A stretch of 64,000 bases of DNA from an uncultured Gemmatimonadaceae bacterium (GTDB lineage: Bacteria; Gemmatimonadota; Gemmatimonadetes; Gemmatimonadales; Gemmatimonadaceae): the NCBI GenBank assembly GCA_963843845.1, contig CAWJMB010000002.1, positions 320,001-384,000 of the forward strand, in the 5' to 3' direction. The first letter of the stretch is position 1, and each line of letters opens with the position of its first letter. Of the stretch, positions 32,501-38,712 are shown piece after piece. Made by a program: the position numbers and the translations under genes. Under the pieces are notes generated by a model. The model was not told the DNA's origin and searched no databases. It saw only the letters and a program-made list of their open reading frames with translations.

Positions 32501-33179
32501 GTGTGGCGCGGAACGCCGCGAACGCGGCGAAGAGCGCGCTCGCGGTGATCGACGTCAGGCGCGACAGGAGGGCGCGCTCGAGCGCCGCGTGCACCGCGTC
32601 GGCCGCGCCGCCGTACGCCGCGCCGGCGACGCGGCGAGCGGCGCACCGCGCGTGTCGCACGAACGGCAGGAGCAACTCTTCGAACGGCAGCGGCTCGTCG
32701 GCCGCCGACGCACGGTCCGCGGCGTCGGACGCGTCTGGGCGCTCGACGCTGGCGGCGCGGAACGTCTCGACCCACGCCGGGGTCGGCCACGCGTCCGGCG
32801 GCGGCGCCGTCACCGCTGCCGCGACGTCTGCTTCCGTCCACCCGTCAGCGGCGAGGCGCCGCCGGAACGTCGCCTCGTCGCCGCCGGCGACCGCCGTCCG
32901 CCACGCGTTCGTCACCGCCGCGGCGGTCGTGGCGAACGGCCGCGCGCCGCGCGGTCGGACGTCGAACGGCTCGCCGGCCACCTCGAGCGCGCCGAGCGCG
33001 CGGAGCGCCGCGATGCGGTCGGGCAGCGGCGCCGCCCGCCACGCGAGCGAGCGCAGCGCCGCGTCAGCTGCAACGTCGGTCGCGACGTCGGTCGCGACGT
33101 CGGTCGCGACGTCGGTCGCGAGAGCCACGGCGGCGTCGGACCGCCCGCCGCCGTGGCGCACGCCTCGCTGCCAGCTCAC
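29534..33179 (-). CDS. lanM: Class II lanthipeptide synthetase LanM with degenerate cyclase, frameshifts near 31480 and 29890
   Basis: Dehydratase: DPHDGG, VYKPRP, YGWVEFV, TDFHLENLIA, IDLETL, RNTSLY. LanC-like repeats: GLFDGSAG, DLLAGHAG, GMAHGQAG, WARGTAG, LCAGRMG, GLFHGAAG. Confidence 0.9.
29849..29988 (-). repeat. Tandem array of 12 ACTGTC-core units inside the lanM cyclase region
   Basis: Ten 12-nt and two 10-nt units (e.g. GACTGTCGCGCC, TACTGTCACGGC) encoding DCRx/YCHG. Confidence 0.9.
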
Positions 33180-33565
33180 CGGCAGTCGCCCTGACTGTGG
33201 CCGAGCGTGTACGCGCCGTAGCTGACCGCGCCGCCGGCCGTGAGGAGGGTGACGATGAGGATCGACGGCGTGATCCCCCCCGCGACCGTCTCGAGCTCGT
33301 CGGCCGACAGCTCGGCGGCCGGGTCGACGAAGTCGGGGAGCACGACCGTCGCGGTCGCACGATTCTCGACGAAGACGATGTTCATCGGGAACGGCTCGCT
33401 CACCGCGTCGCGGCCGTTGAACTCGGCGAGGGCGACGCGCGGCTCGGTGAGCAGTCGCGTGCGGAACGCGCGGTCGACGGCGGCGCGCTGCAACACGCGC
33501 TGCATCTCGCGCTGCCCGTGCTCGGCGACGAGCGCGGGGTCGTCCTGCTGAATGGTCTGCTGCAT
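33176..33565 (-). CDS. NHLP precursor A1
   Basis: DRAFRTRLLTEP...VVLPDF...ELSADELETVAGG|ITPSILIVTLLTAGGAVSYGAYTLGHSQGDCR. Stop overlaps the lanM start. Confidence 0.92.
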   Translation of the reverse strand: MQQTIQQDDPALVAEHGQREMQRVLQRAAVDRAFRTRLLTEPRVALAEFNGRDAVSEPFPMNIVFVENRATATVVLPDFVDPAAELSADELETVAGGITPSILIVTLLTAGGAVSYGAYTLGHSQGDCR

Positions 33566-33597
33566 GAACAGAGGCTCGTGGTGAGGGTGGGCGGGCG

Positions 33598-33966
33598 TCA
33601 GTGGCTCGCGTTGTGTTGCAGCTTCCCGATCTCGGTGCCGACGGCGACGCTGACGGTGAAGACGCCGATCAGCGAGGCGACGACGACCGTCGGGGTGACG
33701 CCGCCCGCGACCGCCTCGAGCTCGTCGGCGGACAGCTCCGCCGCCGCGTCGATGTAGTCGGGGAGCACGATCGTGGCGTCGGCCTTGTTCTCGAGAAAGA
33801 CGACGTCGAACGAGGGGGGCAGGTCGGCGACGGCGATCCCGTTGAACTCGGCGATCGCGCTGCGCGGCTCGGTGAGCAGCTTCGTCCGGAACCCGGCGTC
33901 GGTCGCCGAGCGGGTGAGCAGGCTCTGAAAGCGCTCGACGTGCTCCTGCGTGATTTGGCTCTGCAT
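33598..33966 (-). CDS. NHLP precursor A2
   Basis: ELSADELEAVAGG|VTPTVVVASLIGVFTVSVAVGTEIGKLQHNASH, no Cys in core. Confidence 0.92.
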   Translation of the reverse strand: MQSQITQEHVERFQSLLTRSATDAGFRTKLLTEPRSAIAEFNGIAVADLPPSFDVVFLENKADATIVLPDYIDAAAELSADELEAVAGGVTPTVVVASLIGVFTVSVAVGTEIGKLQHNASH

Positions 33967-34020
33967 GGTTCGAATCCGAGTGGTGGAGGCGTGAAGGGGG
34001 GCGTGATCGCGGCGCGGCGA

Positions 34021-34428
34021 TCAGTTGCAGTGGCCGCGGCCGTCGGACACGCCGCTGTTGTAGGCGGCGAGGATGGCGGCACTCCCCATCGTCACGGCGA
34101 CGAGGACGAGCGACGTGGTCGGCGTGATCCCGCCGGCGACGGCCTCGAGCTCGGACTCGTTCAGCTCCGCGGAGGCGTCGATGAAGTCCGGGAGGACGAC
34201 CGTCGCGGACGCGGTGTTCTCGACGAACACGACGTTGAACGACGGCGGCAGCTCGGCGACGTCGAGCCCGTTGAACTCGGCGATCGCGGCGCGCGGCTCG
34301 GTGAGCAGCTTCGTGCGGAACGTGGCGTCGGTCGCGGAGCGCGTGAGGAGCTGCGTCATGCGCTCGTTGGCCGTCGCGGCGAACGTCGCGTCGGTGCGGT
34401 ACGCGTCGGCAGTGGCTTGGAGATTCAT
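34021..34428 (-). CDS. NHLP precursor A3
   Basis: ELNESELEAVAGG|ITPTTSLVLVAVTMGSAAILAAYNSGVSDGRGHCN. Confidence 0.92.
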   Translation of the reverse strand: MNLQATADAYRTDATFAATANERMTQLLTRSATDATFRTKLLTEPRAAIAEFNGLDVAELPPSFNVVFVENTASATVVLPDFIDASAELNESELEAVAGGITPTTSLVLVAVTMGSAAILAAYNSGVSDGRGHCN

Positions 34429-34456
34429 GGGACCGGAGAGGTGAGTGGGGGCGGCG

Positions 34457-34645
34457 TCAGAACGTCGGATCGGTCGTCGGCAGCTGGTACGGCGGCCGGC
34501 CCGGGAACGGACGCGGGATGCAGCCGTCGGGGCCGATGATGCCGCCGCTCACCGACTCGAGCGTCTCGTCGGAAAGCTCCTGCTGCTGGCCGGCGGGGGT
34601 CGGCGCGATGTCGTGCGCGGTCTGGCGCTCGGTGTTCTCGGACAT
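34457..34645 (-). CDS. Short-leader double-glycine precursor B1 (Pro-rich core)
   Basis: MSENTERQ...ELSDETLESVSGG|IIGPDGCIPRPFPGRPPYQLPTTDPTF, with a GAGG RBS. Confidence 0.85.
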   Translation of the reverse strand: MSENTERQTAHDIAPTPAGQQQELSDETLESVSGGIIGPDGCIPRPFPGRPPYQLPTTDPTF

Positions 34646-34690
34646 GGGTCGGTTCCTCGGAACAGGGTGTGGAGAGCTGCGTGAGAGAGC

Positions 34691-34750
34691 CGCGTCGGCA
34701 GCGTTGGCGCGTCGGCGGCGTTGGCGCGTCGGCGGCGTTAGCGCGTCGGC
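34691..34750. repeat. 17-nt direct repeat, about 3.5 copies, between B2 and B1
   Basis: CGCGTCGGCRGCGTTRG units. Confidence 0.8.
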
Positions 34751-34932
34751 TGGTACGGGTCCTTGTCGCCGCCCGGGTAGCCCGGGTAGAGCGGGAAGGG
34801 GGTGATCGGCTTGGGGCCGCCCAGGCCGCCGCCGGTGCAATCGCCGATGATGCCGCCGCTCACCGACTCCAGCGCGTCGCTCGACAGCTCGTCCTGCTCG
34901 GTGCCGTTCGGCGTCTGCTCGTTCGTGGACAT
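34738..34932 (-). CDS. Short-leader double-glycine precursor B2 (Gly/Pro/Tyr-rich core)
   Basis: ELSSDALESVSGG|IIGDCTGGGLGGPKPITPFPLYPGYPGGDKDPYQPTR. Confidence 0.85.
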   Translation of the reverse strand: MSTNEQTPNGTEQDELSSDALESVSGGIIGDCTGGGLGGPKPITPFPLYPGYPGGDKDPYQPTR

Positions 34933-34968
34933 GGATGGTTCCTCGGCTGTGTGAGAGAGGACGTCGGG

Positions 34969-35166
34969 TCAGTCGATCGTCAGTCGCCCAATCGGCGACT
35001 GGGCGATCGACTGCTGGAGGTCGGTGCGGGCGATCGCGATCGTGTTGTCGCCGCCCAGACCGCCGATCCCGGAGAGGCCGGCGACGCCGCCCGCGACCGA
35101 CTCGAGGGCGTCGTCGGAGAGCTCGTCGTGCTGCGGTGCGGAGGTCGTGCGTTCGTCGATGGACAT
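34969..35166 (-). CDS. Short-leader double-glycine precursor B3
   Basis: ELSDDALESVAGG|VAGLSGIGGLGGDNTIAIARTDLQQSIAQSPIGRLTID. Confidence 0.85.
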   Translation of the reverse strand: MSIDERTTSAPQHDELSDDALESVAGGVAGLSGIGGLGGDNTIAIARTDLQQSIAQSPIGRLTID

Positions 35167-35200
35167 GGAGGTGCCTCGGTGGTGTGGCGCGTGGGGGCGG

Positions 35201-35380
35201 TCAGACGGACTCGGTGGTCGGGATCGGGAACGTCGGCCCGGTCGGCATCGGCGGCTGCAGCGGCAGGTTGATGAACGGCCAGATCAGCGACGGCATGCTG
35301 CCGCCGCTCACCGTCTCGAGCGACTCGTCGGAGATCTCTGCCGGCTCGGCCGGCGCCTGCTGCGTGCCTTCGTCAGTCAT
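35201..35380 (-). CDS. Short-leader double-glycine precursor B4 (Pro-rich core)
   Basis: MTDEGTQQ...EISDESLETVSGG|SMPSLIWPFINLPLQPPMPTGPTFPIPTTESV. Confidence 0.85.
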   Translation of the reverse strand: MTDEGTQQAPAEPAEISDESLETVSGGSMPSLIWPFINLPLQPPMPTGPTFPIPTTESV

Positions 35381-35432
35381 GGAAACGGTCCTCGATGATG
35401 CGTGGGTCGTGCGGTGGACGGCCCCTCGGTAG

Positions 35433-35447
35433 GCACCGCGTGTGCCC
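35433..35447 (-). promoter_or_regulatory. sigma54 -24/-12 promoter candidate P2
   Basis: GGGCACACGCGGTGC (GG-N10-GC), ~53 nt upstream of the B4 ATG. Confidence 0.6.
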
Positions 35448-35577
35448 TCCGGCGCGTAGGCCACAAGTCGCTGTGTGGCAATCACTTGCGCGTTCGACTG
35501 TCACAGTGCCGACAGTCGGTCGTGGAGGCGTGGCTCTATCGCGTAGAGGCGCCACTCGCGCGGAGCGTGTGTCGTGA

Positions 35578-35625
35578 GACGACGTGGGGCCGAGCGCAGA
35601 TCGACGCGCTCGGCCCCACGTCGTC
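35578..35625. terminator. 20-bp perfect hairpin downstream of precursor B5
   Basis: GACGACGTGGGGCCGAGCGC-agatcgac-GCGCTCGGCCCCACGTCGTC. Confidence 0.7.
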
Positions 35626-35652
35626 CCAGCTCCGACAGTCACGGTCGTGCCG

Positions 35653-35862
35653 TCACTGCACGTTGCCGCCGCCGCCGTTCGCGGCGTCGAGGAGCTGCTG
35701 GCCGGCCTGCTGGACCTTGTCGCGCACATACGCGTAGGCCTCGTACAGTCCGCCGCCGGCGACGGCTTCGAGCGCGTCGGCGCTCAGTTCGTCGCCGTCG
35801 TCGGGCGTCGCCACGCCGGCGTCGACGGGCGGCGGGAGGAGGGGCTGTTCAGCGGTGGTCAT
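35653..35862 (-). CDS. Short-leader double-glycine precursor B5
   Basis: MTTAEQP...ELSADALEAVAGG|GLYEAYAYVRDKVQQAGQQLLDAANGGGGNVQ. Confidence 0.85.
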   Translation of the reverse strand: MTTAEQPLLPPPVDAGVATPDDGDELSADALEAVAGGGLYEAYAYVRDKVQQAGQQLLDAANGGGGNVQ

Positions 35863-35921
35863 GCTGCCTCGCGGAAAGAGTCTGCGCGCGCCGGGGCGGC
35901 GCCGCGCCGACAGTCGTGAAG

Positions 35922-35936
35922 GCAACGGCGGTACCC
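35922..35936 (-). promoter_or_regulatory. sigma54 -24/-12 promoter candidate P1
   Basis: GGGTACCGCCGTTGC (GG-N10-GC), ~60 nt upstream of the B5 ATG. Confidence 0.65.
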
Positions 35937-36054
35937 TCCCGGCGCGGGTGCCTAACGCACGACGGCGCCGCGAGTTAGGCGGCGCCGAGAGGAATTCCTG
36001 GCGATGGCGGATGGAGCGGGGCGACTATACGATAGTGCCCTCGCTCCACGACAG

Positions 36055-37206
36055 TCACGCGCCGGGCTTCAGGTCGTGGTGCCGCAGGAAGTCCATGAAC
36101 TTCAGGTAGTCGTCCTCCGCGATGCCGAACAGACCGAGCAGTCGCTTGTAGCTGCCGCGCGTCGCGGTGAGTCCGCGCTCGACGAGCGTGCGCGCGTCGG
36201 CGCGGCTCAGCTCGCGGTCCATGAACGGTCTGTGCACCAGCTCCCAGAAGGTGCCGTCGCCGGCGACCATCCGCTCGTAGCGCGCGCTCGGCTCGGTCGC
36301 GATCGGGATGCGGCGCAGCTGATCGCCGCGCGCCGCCCCCTCGAGCGACTCGGCGAAGTGCTCGGCCTCGATCGCGGGGCCTTCGCTCATGTAATAGCCG
36401 GTATCGACGAGGCTGCGTAGCTCGCGCACATTCCCCGGCCACGCATAGCCGCAGAGCGTCGAGAGGGCGTGCCGGGAGAACTGCTTGCGCGACACCTCCC
36501 GCGCGACGAGGCGCTCGAGGTAGTGGTCGAGGACGAGGCGCCAGTCGTCGCCGCGCTCGCGCAATGCGGGGACACGCACGTGCAGGTGACGCAGTCGGTA
36601 GTAGAGGTCGGCGCGGAACTGCCCGGACTCGATCATGGGGCGCAGATCGCGGCTCGTCGCGGCGACGACACGCACGTCGACCTGCTTCGCCTGCGTCGAG
36701 CCGACGGGAAGGATCTCGCCCTCGCCCAACGCGCGGAGCAGCATCGCCTGCGCCGGCGGCGACAGCTCGCCGACCTCGTCGAGAAACACGACGCCGCCGT
36801 CCGCCTCCTCGAACACGCCGCGGTGATCGGCGATCGCGCCGGTGAAGCTCCCTTTGCGGTGGCCGAACAGCTCGCTCGCCATGAGCTGCCCGTCGTGGTA
36901 CTGCGCACAGTTCACGCTGAGGAACGGCTTCCGGTTGCGCCGGCAGAGGAGGTAGAGCGCCTTCGCGAACAGCTCCTTGCCGGTCCCCGTCTCGCCGGTC
37001 ACGAGTACCGGCCCGTCGGCCTCGGCGAAGCGCGCCGTGCGCTCGAGCGCCGTCACGAGCGCCGCGTCGCGCCCGACGACGACCGCCTGCCGCCGCGCGC
37101 CCCACCGCTCGCACGAGAGCGCCTGGATCCGCCGCGCGATCCCCACCGTCGACGCGTCGTCGGCCGGAGCGTCGAACGTCACGAACGGGTTCGCCGTGCG
37201 AGACAT
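36055..37206 (-). CDS. sigma54-dependent enhancer-binding protein without a recognisable sensor domain
   Basis: GETGTGKE, SELFGHRKGSFTGA, FLDEVGEL, FRADLYYRL, WPGNVREL. Alternative start at 37245. Confidence 0.9.
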   Translation of the reverse strand: MSRTANPFVTFDAPADDASTVGIARRIQALSCERWGARRQAVVVGRDAALVTALERTARFAEADGPVLVTGETGTGKELFAKALYLLCRRNRKPFLSVNCAQYHDGQLMASELFGHRKGSFTGAIADHRGVFEEADGGVVFLDEVGELSPPAQAMLLRALGEGEILPVGSTQAKQVDVRVVAATSRDLRPMIESGQFRADLYYRLRHLHVRVPALRERGDDWRLVLDHYLERLVAREVSRKQFSRHALSTLCGYAWPGNVRELRSLVDTGYYMSEGPAIEAEHFAESLEGAARGDQLRRIPIATEPSARYERMVAGDGTFWELVHRPFMDRELSRADARTLVERGLTATRGSYKRLLGLFGIAEDDYLKFMDFLRHHDLKPGA

Positions 37207-37694
37207 CGGCCGATCCGTGATCCGGTCCACCGTTCGATCCATCATGCGATCCACCTGCGCGCGAGCGCGACGTGCCGCTCGTCCTGGCGCGCAGAGGTGC
37301 GCGGCCGGCGGGCGGCGTGCGGGGACCAGTGTACCGGCGGTGGAGGAGGTGCGCCGTCGATTCTGGACGGTGTGGCGAACGGGGGTGGCGAGCGGCGCCC
37401 AGCGACAGTGAACGGTGACCGGCGCGACTGCGGGCGCTCTGCACTGCCGTTCGTCGACAGCGTGCGGTCGGCCCCGCCACTCACATGCTCGGACGCGCCA
37501 TTCGCCACCGCGAATGCCCGCACGATCGCACCCGCCGCCCGCTCGGCCGCCGATTCCAGCCGTCGGGCCGCGCCGCGAGGAACATTCGTCTGGCGCGAAC
37601 TCGCGCGAGATCATACAGTGTCGAGGTCGCCGTGACGGAACCTTCACGGCTCGCGGCGGTCGTGAGACCGGCACCCTGACAGGAGATCGAGGCC

Positions 37695-37844
37695 ATGATC
37701 GACGAGATCCAGACCGTGCACGTCACGACCGAAGGCGACACGCCGACGCCGCAGCGCTCGGGCGACGGCGACCAGCGCTGGGACATCATCAGCTGGATCA
37801 TCGTGCTGCTCGGCCCGCGCACCGGGGGCGGCTGGGGGAGCTGA
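37695..37844 (+). CDS. 49-aa Trp-rich small peptide (not in ORF track)
   Basis: AGGAG/GAGG upstream; MIDEIQTVHVTTEGDTPTPQRSGDGDQRWDIISWIIVLLGPRTGGGWGS; nearly all GC3 codons; hairpin downstream. Confidence 0.65.
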   Translation: MIDEIQTVHVTTEGDTPTPQRSGDGDQRWDIISWIIVLLGPRTGGGWGS

Positions 37845-37881
37845 GGAACGGCGCGCCGCGCGTGCCGGCGTGATGTCTGGT

Positions 37882-37926
37882 GACGTGAGACGGGCCCCGA
37901 GTGAGTGTCGGGGCCCGTCTCACGTC
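37882..37926. terminator. 19-bp hairpin between the convergent small ORF and lytTR
   Basis: GACGTGAGACGGGCCCCGA-gtgagtg-TCGGGGCCCGTCTCACGTC. Confidence 0.75.
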
Positions 37927-38712
37927 GTGAAGTACAGCCGCTCCTCCAGACGCTTGCGATAGCGCCGGCTACAGTCCACGCGGCTGCCGTCGTGCAGCAC
38001 GAGCGTCAGCTCGCCGTGTGACAGCGGCTCTACCGACGCGATGCGCGACAGGTTCACGATCGCGGACCGGTGCACGCGGAGAAAGCGCTCGGGGTCGAGC
38101 ACCTCGTGTTCGAGAGTGGTCAACGACTTCGCGAGCAGGCGCGGTCGCCGCTGCACGTAGAGTCGCGCGTAGTTCCCGTCCGCCTCGATCCAGTCGATGT
38201 CTGCCGCCCGCACGACGACGTACTCCGTTCCGCTCTTGATCGCGAGCGCGTCCGGGTAGCGCGTCGGCTCCGGTCGGTGCAGCTCGTCGACGAGACCGAC
38301 GAGCCGTGCGTCGGGCCCGGCCGCCGTCCCCGGCCGGCGCGCCGCGAGCTGGTCTCGCACCCGCGCCAGCGCCGCCGTGAAGCGCGCGTCGTCGAACGGC
38401 TTCAGCAGGTAGTCGAGTGCGTACGCCTCGAACGCTGCGCACGGCGAACTCCGCGTACGCCGAGGTGAACACGACGACCGGCATCCGCTCCGGGCCGACG
38501 AGCTCGACGACGCCGAAGCCGTCGAGTCGCGGCATCTGCACGTCGAGGAACACGAGGTGCGCCGACTCGCGCAGAATCGCCTGCACCGCCTCGATCCCGT
38601 CGGCGCACTCGCGCACGAGGTCGACGTCCGCGACGCCGGCGAGCAGCGCCCGCACGCGGTCGCGCGCGAGAGGGTCGTCGTCGACGACGATGACGCGCAG
38701 ACGGTCGGTCAC
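37920..38712 (-). CDS. LytTR-family response regulator, frameshift near 38435
   Basis: VIVVDDD, FLDVQMP, DYLLKPFD, IDWIEADGNY, FLRVHRSAIVN. Confidence 0.9.

Noticed and set aside
28375..32841. 1488-aa LanM-dehydrogenase fusion shown in the ORF track
   Set aside because: This is a frameshift artefact. lanM ends at 29534 and the dehydrogenase has its own ATG at 29495.
33176..34428. Proteusin with radical-SAM epimerase or splicease chemistry (YG motifs in A1 and the mini-peptide)
   Set aside because: No CxxxCxxC radical-SAM gene was seen in the window. An enzyme acting in trans cannot be excluded.
33176..34428. Nitrile hydratase alpha subunits
   Set aside because: They lack the CxxCSC metal site and end in a GG motif plus variable core, so they are NHLP leaders.
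37470..37605. sigma54 site TGGCGCGAACTCGC before the small peptide, and TGGCAATCACTTGC at ~35476
   Set aside because: GG-to-GC spacing is 9 nt, not the required 10.
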